Source of the DNA: Candidatus Woesearchaeota archaeon
GTDB lineage: Archaea; Nanobdellota; Nanobdellia; Woesearchaeales; UBA10216
Length of the DNA stretch: 64,000 nt
Assembly (NCBI GenBank): GCA_016192945.1
Contig: JACPTE010000024.1
Span: forward strand, 16,001-80,000
Direction: 5' to 3'
Under the pieces are notes generated by a model. It was given only the letters and a program-made list of their open reading frames with translations, did no database searches and had not been told where the DNA came from. Position 1 is the first letter of the stretch. Each line of letters starts with the position of its first letter. The position numbers and the translations under genes were made by a program. Below, piece after piece: positions 1 to 9,451 of this stretch.

Positions 1-164
1 TTCAGGAAGCCTATTATAGTCCTTAAAAGTGTGCTTTTTCCATGCCCGCTCGGCCCAACTATTCCAAAAACCTCCCCCCTGAATATCTCAAGGTTGATGC
101 TGTTGAGGATTTTTTTCTGCCCTATGCTGACAGATACGTTGTTCAGCTTTATTATGGGCTCCAA
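1..164 (-). CDS. ABC transporter ATP-binding protein, 5' part (runs off window start)
   Basis: Manual minus-strand translation from TTG at 164: [54 protein letters not shown], with Walker [18 protein letters not shown] just upstream. Not in the ORF track. Confidence 0.88.
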   Translation of the reverse strand, partial: MEPIIKLNNVSVSIGQKKILNSINLEIFRGEVFGIVGPSGHGKSTLLRTIIGFL

Positions 165-307
165 AGTTTCACCTGTTATTTATTCTGTCCTGTGCAATAT
201 ATAAAACTTCGCAAGCGAAAAATTTAAATATAAGAGATACTACTTTAAAGTGTAAACATAGAAAAGCTATTTACGAGTGAAAAATAGCCATATTTATCAC
301 CTCTTTT

Positions 308-342
308 CCCAGGAAGGCTCCCGAAAGGGGGCCTTCCCAGGG
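308..342 (+). other. Strong GNRA-capped hairpin (terminator-like or ncRNA element)
   Basis: GGAAGGCTCCC-GAAA-GGGGGCCTTCC (312-337, one G-U pair), extended by CCC/GGG; intergenic. Confidence 0.6.
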
Positions 343-393
343 TTTAGTGTGCATAATAAGAAGGAAATGAAGAACAGATAGTTCTGCAGGATT

Positions 394-2262
394 TCAACGC
401 CTTCTGAGGGATGCTTTTTTGACTATCCGCCTTTTTCTGGCTTTGAGTATGGCAAGTGTTATAACAGCCCCTGAAATCAGTCCGATGGAAAAAATCGCAT
501 AGTTTTTTGCTTCAGTTGGCAGCTGCAATGGAAGTCTCTGCCAGAGCTCAATTATTGTCTGGTTGGTGCCTGTTGCAGGGTTGGATTTTGGCTCCTTGAA
601 GTATATGTCCATGTCGCTTAGTTCTAGCGCATATTCAGCATACAAAAGCGATGAGTAAGGGTCTGTCTGGTTCAGTGAAGTGGAGTATTCATAATAGCTG
701 TATCCTACTATTGGGAATATCCCCTTGTTCGTATTTCTTGATATTGTTCTTTTTGCTGCCTCCAGTTTCCTCGCAACCAGCTTGCTGATGTCGCCGTCAT
801 CAAGCCCTAGTGAGCTTAAAAGCACATCTGACTCTGCCTTGGCCTTTGAGGCTTTTGAAAGGCAAAGCCCGTAATCCTTGTTTTTGAGGTCATCATACGC
901 CCTGTCTATGTCTTTCCTTGATGGCAGTATGCTTTCCGGGATATAAATCTGCGAATACTCGTACCTCTCTTCAGCCTCCGATATCTTGCTCCTGCACGAG
1001 GCTTCCAGCACTTCCTTGTCAGCAGCCAGCTTTTGTGAGCCCTTTCCGAGGAACTGCGCCCACGCCCTGGCGCTCATCACTCTTTCCTGGGCGTATGCAA
1101 GGTAGAACAGTGCATCATGAATCCTGTTCTGGTCATTATAGCTGGCTGAGGTGTTCAGGTTGTAGTATGCCTCAATCAGCCGCTCTTTTACTGCCGCATA
1201 TGCCTGAAAATCTGTTATTGTGGCTGATTCTGGAATGCCCTTTTCCATGGTTTCTGCGTCTGTTTTTGTCTGCTGAATCTGGCTGGGCAATTCGCTTTTT
1301 GTGTAGTTCTGGGCTTCAAGGAGTAAATACCTGTTTCGCACGTTTGCCCCGAAGCAATAGCTCGCTGCCGAGTAGTAATGCCCTGATTTAAGTTCATCCT
1401 GCCCCCTTTTGCTCAGGTTTCTGGCAATGCTGTATGAGTCAGCATAATTTGACTGCGCTTTTGATGGTTGCGCACTTGATGCCTGGGCTGTCAGGAGTGT
1501 ATTGTTCTCAATCAGCAGTTCTGAAGAGATGCTTTCATTGCATATTGTAAATGCGAGGTTTTTCATTGTCTCTATGTAAGACTGCTCAATCCCGAAGTCA
1601 GGGTTGGATTCGGCTGTTTTTTTCCCTGTAAACTGGTATAATGCCTCCTTTATGTCGCTCACTTCTATTACTTCAATGCCCAAGTTCTTCCCATAATCAG
1701 ACAGGTCTGTGCTCTGGTTGGTTGAGTTGCCTGATTTGTAATACCTCTCCCCTTCTGGTATGAGGACTTTTTTCAGGCCAGCCTCTTTTGCAGCAGTTAT
1801 CTTCTCCTTGAGCCCTCCGACAGGGCCTATAAGGCCGCCTGAGTTTATTGTTCCTGTCATAACAACATCATCCCTTGTAGGAATGCCCTCAATTACTGAC
1901 ACTGTAAGGACTGATGCCGCTGCACCAGCGCTTGGCCCTCCTACAAGAGCAGTGTCTGCCTTGATTGTGTAAAAGAAGTTATACTTGTCGCAGTCAAACT
2001 GGAATTCAGTGCATGCTATCTCTTTGGCAAACCGGGTGGATATCTGGGTGTCCATCTTGGTGAGCGGGAATGACTCTATGAATACCTTTCCCTCTCCAGG
2101 CTGGATTTCAAGGTATAAGTCTGCTGAAAGCCCTGAGTAGCCATCCTGCTGTTCAGAGACTGCCAGGAGCTTCATATGGCCTTTCCTGTAAGCCTCTGCA
2201 CCAGCGCTTGAGCTTATTATTATGGCAAATGCAAGGAATATTGGCAGTATTTTTGTTTTCAT
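394..2262 (-). CDS. Secreted, membrane-anchored Lon-type (S16) serine protease without AAA domain
   Basis: Signal peptide; GPSAG catalytic Ser; MTGTIN...GPVGGLKEK catalytic Lys; helical middle region; C-terminal TM and basic tail. Confidence 0.85.
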   Translation of the reverse strand: MKTKILPIFLAFAIIISSSAGAEAYRKGHMKLLAVSEQQDGYSGLSADLYLEIQPGEGKVFIESFPLTKMDTQISTRFAKEIACTEFQFDCDKYNFFYTIKADTALVGGPSAGAAASVLTVSVIEGIPTRDDVVMTGTINSGGLIGPVGGLKEKITAAKEAGLKKVLIPEGERYYKSGNSTNQSTDLSDYGKNLGIEVIEVSDIKEALYQFTGKKTAESNPDFGIEQSYIETMKNLAFTICNESISSELLIENNTLLTAQASSAQPSKAQSNYADSYSIARNLSKRGQDELKSGHYYSAASYCFGANVRNRYLLLEAQNYTKSELPSQIQQTKTDAETMEKGIPESATITDFQAYAAVKERLIEAYYNLNTSASYNDQNRIHDALFYLAYAQERVMSARAWAQFLGKGSQKLAADKEVLEASCRSKISEAEERYEYSQIYIPESILPSRKDIDRAYDDLKNKDYGLCLSKASKAKAESDVLLSSLGLDDGDISKLVARKLEAAKRTISRNTNKGIFPIVGYSYYEYSTSLNQTDPYSSLLYAEYALELSDMDIYFKEPKSNPATGTNQTIIELWQRLPLQLPTEAKNYAIFSIGLISGAVITLAILKARKRRIVKKASLRRR

Positions 2263-2309
2263 TGGATTAAAGAACAGCTATTTGTTTATAATTTTTAGTA
2301 TTGAGAACT

Positions 2310-2338
2310 TTGAAAAACTCCCTTTGGTCGTTTTTCAA
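2310..2338 (-). repeat. Intergenic palindrome with tandem GA mismatches (REP-like hairpin)
   Basis: Minus strand TTGAAAAAC-GA-CC-AAA-GG-GA-GTTTTTCAA; core resembles the element at 57536-57557. Confidence 0.45.
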
Positions 2339-2370
2339 CTGCGGTTTCTCCCAAGGGCATCCGCAGCTTT

Positions 2371-2739
2371 TTAGCGCTTCCTTCTTCTGGCAGCTGGTTT
2401 AGTGGCCTTTTTCCTGCTGGATGGCTTTGCTGCTCTTTTCGCTGGCTTTTTTGATGGCTTTTTCCCTGATGGCACCTTCCTGGATATCAGCCCCATAACA
2501 GAAGTGGACTGTGCCGGAGCCCCTGAAAGTGCAGCCCTTGATAGGATAGGCCTTTCTGGCTTTTCAACAGAAGGAGGGGTTATTGATATCATGGATGCTA
2601 TGAACATCAGTGCAAATGCGAAGTCAAATGCAAAGCCCCATTTAAGGTCTATTTTGCCGGATGCAGTGTAAACAGTGACAACAAGGAATCCTATCATGCT
2701 TGTGAGCATGAACATTCTTGGCAGCGGCACTCTTTCCAT
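2371..2739 (-). CDS. Small two-TM membrane protein with Lys/Arg/Ala/Pro-rich C-terminal tail
   Basis: Two hydrophobic segments, then KKPSKKPAKRAAKPSSRKKATKPAARRRKR; tightly spaced with upstream genes. Confidence 0.7.
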   Translation of the reverse strand: MERVPLPRMFMLTSMIGFLVVTVYTASGKIDLKWGFAFDFAFALMFIASMISITPPSVEKPERPILSRAALSGAPAQSTSVMGLISRKVPSGKKPSKKPAKRAAKPSSRKKATKPAARRRKR

Positions 2740-2749
2740 TTGTGTGTCC

Positions 2750-3145
2750 TTATGCTATTGATTTGAGCTTCTGCTCTATATCATTCAATTCTGCTTCCAG
2801 CCTGTCAACGCTGGGCATTCTTTTTTTGGGAATCTTTTTTTCCTCAGAGCCGGGCTCAGCGATTTCATGCTCTTCTGCAGGCAGTTCCTCTTTCATTCGC
2901 ACATCCCATTTTGGGAGCGTCTTGACATCTATTTTAGGGAGCTCTGATTTTATCTCTGGGATCATGCTTAAGATGTCATCGTATATTATCCTGAGTTTCG
3001 CTATCTGGGCTTGCTTTTCTGCCCTTATCGCCTTTAGCTTCTCGTATTTCTGCAGGAACTGGATGAGGTCTTTTGATGACTCCAGCACCCCTTTTCTTAT
3101 TACATTGGGGTTTTCTATTCCCATATAAAGGATGTCGCTTGGCAT
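2750..3145 (-). CDS. Hypothetical coiled-coil protein
   Basis: 131 aa, heptad-rich; GGAGA SD; operonic spacing. Confidence 0.7.
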   Translation of the reverse strand: MPSDILYMGIENPNVIRKGVLESSKDLIQFLQKYEKLKAIRAEKQAQIAKLRIIYDDILSMIPEIKSELPKIDVKTLPKWDVRMKEELPAEEHEIAEPGSEEKKIPKKRMPSVDRLEAELNDIEQKLKSIA

Positions 3146-3153
3146 TGGTTCTC

Positions 3154-3372
3154 CTATCTGGGCTTTGAGAGGGCTGACTGGATGTTGGAAATCTTGTTTT
3201 CAATCCTGGCCAGCTCAGATTGCCAAGCGCCCAGCTCATGCTCCTCCTCAGTTTTAAGCTCGTTGATTCGCTTGAAGACTATCTTGGCATCTTCAAGCCG
3301 TTTCTTGACTCGGTCTATTGCTGTTTGGACCTTCTTGTATCTTTCAACCTTGACAAACACTGGTGTGCTCAT
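3154..3372 (-). CDS. Hypothetical small coiled-coil protein (PVFVKxxxY motif)
   Basis: 72 aa; beta-strand motif followed by a helical hairpin; GAGG SD. Confidence 0.75.
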   Translation of the reverse strand: MSTPVFVKVERYKKVQTAIDRVKKRLEDAKIVFKRINELKTEEEHELGAWQSELARIENKISNIQSALSKPR

Positions 3373-3374
3373 TT

Positions 3375-4058
3375 TTAAACCTCAAACAAAGTTTTATCCA
3401 TGAACATCATGCCTCGCTGCATATCCTCAAGGCATATGCTCAACTTTTCGTATTCACTCTCGCTTGAATTTCTGATTCTCTCAAAATCAGGGCCAGCCTG
3501 ATTATAGCCTGCTATCTCATCCAGGTCTTCCACAATCTGCCTGAACTTGTAGTCTTTTATGAATATGTGTGGCTCCTCATACTTTTTTTCCTCTGCATGC
3601 GCCGCAGGCTCTTTGGATTCTTCAGCCAATTTGGGAGTGAACTCTGTGATTCGGGTCATTTCCTTCATGTCTGTTTCTTTAATCGGGGTTATAGGAGCCG
3701 CTGCCCATTGTGGAACAGGTGCGGTTTTTGGAATGTCGGGCTGGAATGGCTGCTGCTGCAAAGGAGCAGGTATTGCTTGTTGTTCGTATGAATTGTAGTT
3801 GAATGGCTTGATTTCAGGCAGGCTGTCCAGTTCAGGGAATGGCGCTGGTTTTGGCATGTTAGCAGAAGTTGAGCTGTCTAATGGCGCTAATGGCTGGAGC
3901 GTGGTTGGAGATGTGCTGGCTCCGGAGAATACTGGCAGGTCTGAGGAGAATGATTCTATTTTAGGGGGAGGGGGAAGTTCAAACTCCTGCATTTGGGGCA
4001 TTAGCTCCTTTTGGCCCTTGTTTTCCCCGCCTTTTTTCATAAACCCGAATAAGCCCAC
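3375..4058 (-). CDS. Hypothetical Pro-rich protein with C-terminal PHIFIK/coiled-coil module
   Basis: 227 aa; MGLFG start, disordered Pro-rich middle; C-terminus resembles 3154..3372. Confidence 0.7.
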   Translation of the reverse strand: MGLFGFMKKGGENKGQKELMPQMQEFELPPPPKIESFSSDLPVFSGASTSPTTLQPLAPLDSSTSANMPKPAPFPELDSLPEIKPFNYNSYEQQAIPAPLQQQPFQPDIPKTAPVPQWAAAPITPIKETDMKEMTRITEFTPKLAEESKEPAAHAEEKKYEEPHIFIKDYKFRQIVEDLDEIAGYNQAGPDFERIRNSSESEYEKLSICLEDMQRGMMFMDKTLFEV

Positions 4059-4183
4059 TTGCCCACCTCTATATAACAGATTAACCCTTGTTGAAGACCA
4101 GTATCTTTGCTGAATACTGCATAAGGGGATTATAAATCTTTCGTATTACTGGCTGGGGGTATTATAAACTTTTCCATTCAAAA

Positions 4184-5713
4184 TCACTCATATTCTATGG
4201 TGGCTGGGGGCTTCTGTGTTATGTCATATAATACCCTGTTGACTCCCTTGACGTTCTTTACTATGTCTGATGATGCCCTTTCCAGTAGCGTGTATGGCAG
4301 TTTTGCCCAGTCCGCTGTCATTGCATCGCTGCTTGTGACTGCCCTTAGGGCTATTATGTAGCTGTATGTCCTCTCATCTCCCATGACTCCCACTGCCTTT
4401 ACAGGAAGTAGTGCTGCAAGTGCCTGCCATGTTTTTTTGTAGAATCCGTGCTTCTTTAGCTGCTCTATGAATATGAAGTCAGCCTCTCTCAGGATTTTGA
4501 GCTTTTCATTTGTGACCTCTCCTATCACCCTTATTGCAAGACCTGGCCCTGGGAATGGGTGGCGCTCAAGCAGCTCTTCACTTATGCCCATAGACCTCCC
4601 TAAAGCCCTGACTTCGTCCTTGTAGAGGTCTCGTAGCGGCTCTACTGTTTTGAGCTTCATTTTTTCAGGCAGCCCGCCTACATTGTGGTGGGTCTTTATC
4701 AACGATGCTGTTTTTGATGGCTGTGCGCTTTCTATCCTGTCTGGATAGATTGTCCCCTGTCCCAGGAATTCTATGTCTCCGTGCCTCTTCTTGAGTTCGG
4801 CAGCCTTCCTTTCAAACACGTCTATGAATGTGTGCCCTATTACTTTCCTTTTCTGCTCTGGCTCTACAACTCCCTTCAGCCTTTTGAGGAACAATTCTGA
4901 GGCATCTATGAAATGGAAGTTCTCAAATTCCAGCTCATGGAATGTCTTCCTGACCTGCTCTGCCTCATTTTTCCTGAGCAGCCCGTTGTCAACAAACACG
5001 AGATGTATATTCCTGGTTGCCTTTCTTATGATGGTTGCTGCGACAAGGCTGTCAACTCCCCCGCTTACTGCCATTATTACGCCCATGCTGCCAATCCTGC
5101 TTTTTGCCTCTTCAGCCAGCCTGGTGCCAATGCCCTTTGCAGAATAGTTCCTTTTTGCCTTGCATATCCTGAGGAAATTGTCAAGAATCCTGATTCCATT
5201 CAGTGTATGCTGGACTTCTGGATGGAACTGGACCCCGAATATCTTTGCCGGTTCATTTGCATAAGCTGCTACTTTGCAGTCTGGCGTTGATGCCAGCAGC
5301 TCAAATCCTGGCTTCAGCTCAGTGACAGAATCCCCGTGGCTCATCCATACCTGCTCTTTCCTCTTCATGCCTTTCAGCAGTTGGGATGGCTTTTTTATGC
5401 TCATCATCTCCCTGCCGTATTCCTTGCTGCTTGAAACAACCCTGCTTCCAGTAAGGTGGGCAACCAGCTGGTGGCCGTAGCAAATCCCAAGAACAGGTAT
5501 TCCGAGCTTCAGTACACCTGGGCTTATTGTGGGAGCGTCCTTCTCATAAACGCTTCTTGGCCCGCCTGACAGGATAATGCCTTCAGGCATCATTGACTTT
5601 ATGCTTTCAACAGGCTCTGTCCAGTGGACAAGCTCTGAGTAAACGCCAAGCTGCCTTATCCTCCGGGCTATCAGATGCGATACCTGGGATCCAAAGTCAA
5701 TGATGAGAATCAT
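4184..5713 (-). CDS. guaA: GMP synthase (fused GATase + ATP pyrophosphatase)
   Basis: IIDFGSQ, LGICYGHQ, QFHPEV, SGGVDS, IKTHHNVGGLP, KPPATIEYE. Likely start ATG 5713 overlaps the HEPN stop (ATGA). Confidence 0.97.
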   Translation of the reverse strand: MILIIDFGSQVSHLIARRIRQLGVYSELVHWTEPVESIKSMMPEGIILSGGPRSVYEKDAPTISPGVLKLGIPVLGICYGHQLVAHLTGSRVVSSSKEYGREMMSIKKPSQLLKGMKRKEQVWMSHGDSVTELKPGFELLASTPDCKVAAYANEPAKIFGVQFHPEVQHTLNGIRILDNFLRICKAKRNYSAKGIGTRLAEEAKSRIGSMGVIMAVSGGVDSLVAATIIRKATRNIHLVFVDNGLLRKNEAEQVRKTFHELEFENFHFIDASELFLKRLKGVVEPEQKRKVIGHTFIDVFERKAAELKKRHGDIEFLGQGTIYPDRIESAQPSKTASLIKTHHNVGGLPEKMKLKTVEPLRDLYKDEVRALGRSMGISEELLERHPFPGPGLAIRVIGEVTNEKLKILREADFIFIEQLKKHGFYKKTWQALAALLPVKAVGVMGDERTYSYIIALRAVTSSDAMTADWAKLPYTLLERASSDIVKNVKGVNRVLYDITQKPPATIEYE

Positions 5714-6108
5714 TCTTGAAGCACGCTTTTCATCCATTTATAAAATCTTTCTGCATTTAATATGGCTTCATCAGCTTCCGATTTGCTGATAAGAATTGGC
5801 TCATATTCAGCCCTGCTCTTCAGGCTTAAAAGGTTCAAAAGCTGCCTGTTCTTCTTGCTCACATCGTCTAGTTTTATCTCATTCAGGAGCCTTGCAACAT
5901 CATCATGCCTGATTCCTCTATGTCTTATACCCTTGAATTTTACGGTAAGAGCATCAGCAGAATTAATACCGCAATGCACAGCAGCTATTACGCAGACATT
6001 CCAATGGCTTTTCTGATATGCGTCGTTCATGGATTCAAAGCATTCATCTGCCTTCTTGATGTAATTCTTGTAAAGGCTGCTAGCAACATTTACCGTGTCA
6101 GTTCCCAT
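5710..6108 (-). CDS. HEPN-domain protein (putative toxin of MNT-HEPN pair)
   Basis: 132 aa helical; YIKKADE...AVHCGINSADAL...HDD...KSRAEY pattern; directly downstream of MNT gene. Confidence 0.8.
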   Translation of the reverse strand: MGTDTVNVASSLYKNYIKKADECFESMNDAYQKSHWNVCVIAAVHCGINSADALTVKFKGIRHRGIRHDDVARLLNEIKLDDVSKKNRQLLNLLSLKSRAEYEPILISKSEADEAILNAERFYKWMKSVLQE

Positions 6109-6692
6109 ATATCCTCGCCCATTACCATTATATATTTTTCCAGCACTTCATTAACAAGAGTGCTTTTCCTCCTGTCCTGAAATTCCTTCCTGCTCAACAC
6201 AATGGGAATAATCACATTCCCGTATTTTTGCATTACTTCAGATGCCTTGGCTTCAATAAATCTCATCGCCTCTTCCTTATCAGATGAAATAACCACTAAA
6301 TCTATATCGCTTTCAGGAACCTCGCTTCTCTTTGCAATGCTGCCAAAAATAGCCATTGAAGTTATTTTACCCGTTGCGCTGGCAGCAAGAAATTGCCTGA
6401 ACTTTTCAAATGCCTGCAATTCCTCCTCAAATATTGTTTTGAATTCATCATAAATCGCGCTTTTCCTGTTCAGCACAATATTATTTGACTGTCCGTGATG
6501 TTCCATTAATATGGCATTTGATTTTCTCAATTCTATAACCGCTTTTCTTACGCCTGCATGCGTTACGTCCTTTATAGAGCTTGCAAGTTCCCTAATAGTA
6601 TAAACTTTTGTAGGGTACTTGTGCAGTTCCCTGAGTACCTTAATCCTAACCTTGGTTCCAAGCATATCCTCCAGATAGTTCCTAAATCTCAT
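6090..6692 (-). CDS. HTH + minimal nucleotidyltransferase (MNT) antitoxin
   Basis: N-terminal wHTH (TIRELAS...THAGVRKAV); FGSIAK...SDIDLVVI Pol-beta motif. Confidence 0.85.
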   Translation of the reverse strand: MRFRNYLEDMLGTKVRIKVLRELHKYPTKVYTIRELASSIKDVTHAGVRKAVIELRKSNAILMEHHGQSNNIVLNRKSAIYDEFKTIFEEELQAFEKFRQFLAASATGKITSMAIFGSIAKRSEVPESDIDLVVISSDKEEAMRFIEAKASEVMQKYGNVIIPIVLSRKEFQDRRKSTLVNEVLEKYIMVMGEDIWELTR

Positions 6693-6711
6693 TGTAAACT
6701 TTTGTTTACAA
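6692..6711. promoter_or_regulatory. Perfect inverted repeat, probable autoregulatory operator of MNT-HEPN
   Basis: TTGTAAAC-TTTT-GTTTACAA touching the MNT start codon, downstream of a TATA-like CTTATATA (about 6728-6735). Confidence 0.65.
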
Positions 6712-6845
6712 ATGGAAACTAAAGTTGTATATAAGCTTTTCTATCAAATCCCCTGCGAACCCATTTCAAATATTGCTTGAGAAATGAATATAATGGCTTC
6801 TTCCTATATAAAACGCATTCAACAAATTTGCCTTTGCTTTCCGAA

Positions 6846-7973
6846 TCATGTCAAAACCTCCATCAGCTTTTTGTTTTCAATAGCAGCCTTTATCTCCATT
6901 GCAATCCTTTTCCCTACGCTTATGTCCTCGCCGTAGAGGTAGTGGCCGTAGGGCGTGTATCTTGTTCCAGGGCTTCCTGGTATGCGGAGGCTGCAGTCAA
7001 AGATTATGAATTCCTCTTTTGGGGGGCCTGGGGTTATTGCGCCCTGCAGTGCGAAGGGCCCTATTATGCCTGGCTTGTAATATTGCTGTGTTGCCTTTAC
7101 AAATCCCTCGCCAAGCTCATATGCCTTTTCAAGCAGCGATTCCTTTAATGTTACTGCCATATGCCCGTTTTCTATGTATTTTGGCCTTGCATCATCCCCT
7201 AAATCAAGCTGCTGCCTTGCAGTCAGCCTTAGGAAGCCATCAATGTTTGTCTGCCTCCTTGTGTCTGTCCCGAGAAGCTCAAGCTCTTTTGTCAGGGGGG
7301 AATGGAAAAAGTTCAGGTTTACCTGGGGCCCCAGCACGAATTCCTCAATAACCGCCTTTTTCAGGGATTCCGGGGTTATCCTTCCAGCCTTTACAAGCTC
7401 TCTTGACTTTTTAAGGTAATCTTCATGGCTTTTTACAAAGAAGAACTCCCTCTCGTAAGGCCGTTCTGCCTCTGATGCCTTCACTATTGAAAGCCTGTCT
7501 ATTTCCTCTGGCTTGCTGAACCGCCTGGGTGTTTTTATTCCTGCCTTCTCAAGAAGGAAGTACTGGTTGTTGGGCTGGTCTCTTTCCTCTGCCCTTATCA
7601 GCGACCTTGTTCCGAATATGGGAACCATGAACTTGTTTTCTATGTCAGGATAGTTGCAGTAAACCCAGAAGTATCTGCTGTGGATGAATATTGTGTTCAG
7701 CTTCCTTAGCTTTTCCTGGACTTCCTCCCTTGCGATGTCAGCAAAGCTGTCAACCAGTATAACCTCATCAACAATTCCCCTGCCGCCCCTTGACTTGTAA
7801 TGGCTGGAATAGGTTTTTTCCCTTCCTTTCTGGCATACGACAACTGTCCTTAATCCGAGGTCTTTTGCCCCCCTGCATACATCAAGCGCTGAATGGCCCC
7901 CTAGTGTCCCTATTGTGACTTTATCAAGGTCGTATTTTTCAACAATCCGCTTTATTTCTGCCTGGGCTATCAT
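6846..7973 (-). CDS. purP: PurP-family FAICAR synthetase (ATP-grasp), paralog 1
   Basis: TLGGHSALDVCRGAKDLG, DTRRQTNIDG, RESL-like KESLLEK, IGPFALQ, RIPGSPG. Confidence 0.88.
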   Translation of the reverse strand: MIAQAEIKRIVEKYDLDKVTIGTLGGHSALDVCRGAKDLGLRTVVVCQKGREKTYSSHYKSRGGRGIVDEVILVDSFADIAREEVQEKLRKLNTIFIHSRYFWVYCNYPDIENKFMVPIFGTRSLIRAEERDQPNNQYFLLEKAGIKTPRRFSKPEEIDRLSIVKASEAERPYEREFFFVKSHEDYLKKSRELVKAGRITPESLKKAVIEEFVLGPQVNLNFFHSPLTKELELLGTDTRRQTNIDGFLRLTARQQLDLGDDARPKYIENGHMAVTLKESLLEKAYELGEGFVKATQQYYKPGIIGPFALQGAITPGPPKEEFIIFDCSLRIPGSPGTRYTPYGHYLYGEDISVGKRIAMEIKAAIENKKLMEVLT

Positions 7974-8428
7974 TTCAGGCTCACTATTAATATGCCTACT
8001 ATCATTACAGCCGCTCCCAGCAGTGTTCTTATGAGTTCCCTTGTTGACTGAAGCTCTTTCAGCACGAGTATCCCAAGCAGCACTGCGATTATGAAGTTGA
8101 GGTTGTAGATTAGTGACATCTTGGAAATTTCAAAGTTCCTTGCAACCCCCAGTGTAATCATCAGGTACCCCGCTGCCCAGATTATCCCTGCAATTACAAG
8201 CAGCAGCCCGCTGCCGAATGGAACGCTGAAGTCTGGCTTGTTCATGAGCCATGCTATGAGGAATACGGCGATTATTCCAGCCCCGAAGAGGAGCTCTGCA
8301 AGGAATGGGCTGGGATTTCCCCTGAAGCCCAGCTTGTACACTATCACGCTGGCTCCGAATGCAACAGCCGCTATGAGGCTGTAAATTATCCACAATTCCA
8401 TTTTAAACACCCTGTTTTTTTTATTCAT
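7970..8428 (-). CDS. EamA/DMT-family small transporter
   Basis: About 5 TM helices, WIIYSLIAA...K, LGILVLKE; true start probably ATG 8401. Confidence 0.8.
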   Translation of the reverse strand: MNKKNRVFKMELWIIYSLIAAVAFGASVIVYKLGFRGNPSPFLAELLFGAGIIAVFLIAWLMNKPDFSVPFGSGLLLVIAGIIWAAGYLMITLGVARNFEISKMSLIYNLNFIIAVLLGILVLKELQSTRELIRTLLGAAVMIVGILIVSLK

Positions 8429-8449
8429 TTTTTGATATAACAGCCCTTA

Positions 8450-9451
8450 TCATCCAAGAACCCTCTCAACCTGGTTTGATGCTATGGCGTTCTTTATCTC
8501 CCGCGATATCCTCCTGCCTGTGCTCATTGGCTCGCTGTACTTCAGGTCTGTGTATGGGCTGCCGTTTATGTAGGGGTTTGTGCCTGCAACTATCCTTGCT
8601 GAAACCTCAAAAACGTAGAATTTCAGGTCTGGGGTGATTACAGTTTCAAGGCTGAACGGCCCGAATATGCCCCTTTTCTCTATTGCCTTTGATGCGGCAA
8701 CTACTGCCTCTCCCATCCTGAAAATCTCTGGCAGCAGCGACTCGCGAACAACCATGGGCACGTTTCCTGTTATATTGTATGAGGTGTCAAGCCCCATGTC
8801 AAGCTGGTCTTTTGCAGCTATCCTTCCTATTGAGTCCACGTTGCTTTCATATCTCTTGTCAAAGCTCATCACTTCAACCTCGTCATTAAGGGGGGAATAA
8901 AAATAGTGTATGTATATCGGAGCTCCAACTATGTATTCCTGTATTATGTACGCCTTGCCGTGGTGCTCCTTTATCTTTCGCTCAAACTCGCTGCCGCTTT
9001 TCGCAAGGAAAAATCCCTTTCCCCCTTTTGCGCCATAGAACTTTATTATTGACGGCACGTCTATGTCTTCCGGATTCCTGAAAATCCTTGGCAGCGTAAG
9101 GCCTGCCTTCTTGAGCCATTCCCTCTGCATTTCCCTGTCAGTTTCCCACTTGAGTATTTTCTTGTTGCCGAAGTAGCTTACCTTGAGCCGCTCTATCTGC
9201 TCTGTGCTCATTGCTCCTGTGAAGCTTCCGTGTGGTATTACTATGGCGTTTTCGGATATGAGCTCATTTTCAACTGAGGGGAATTCCTTGAATGAATTGA
9301 GGGTTATTATCCTGTCAGCCACTTTAAACCTTTTGTACGGCTCTTCCCTGTTTTTTTCGCATACGGCTATTGTCCTGAATCCCTCGTCCCTAGCGCCCTT
9401 GAGTATCTGGAGTGCTGAGTGGCTGCCGAGGGTGGCTATCCTTGTGGCCAT
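8450..9451 (-). CDS. purP: PurP-family FAICAR synthetase, paralog 2
   Basis: IATLGSHSALQILKGARDEGF, GAKGGKG, DKRYESNVD, RESLL, FEVSARIVAGTN; start set at ATG 9451 after GGAGG. Confidence 0.92.
   Translation of the reverse strand: MATRIATLGSHSALQILKGARDEGFRTIAVCEKNREEPYKRFKVADRIITLNSFKEFPSVENELISENAIVIPHGSFTGAMSTEQIERLKVSYFGNKKILKWETDREMQREWLKKAGLTLPRIFRNPEDIDVPSIIKFYGAKGGKGFFLAKSGSEFERKIKEHHGKAYIIQEYIVGAPIYIHYFYSPLNDEVEVMSFDKRYESNVDSIGRIAAKDQLDMGLDTSYNITGNVPMVVRESLLPEIFRMGEAVVAASKAIEKRGIFGPFSLETVITPDLKFYVFEVSARIVAGTNPYINGSPYTDLKYSEPMSTGRRISREIKNAIASNQVERVLG

Noticed and set aside
42-227. 61-aa plus-strand ORF
   Set aside because: Shadow of the minus-strand ABC ATPase with a clear Walker A motif.
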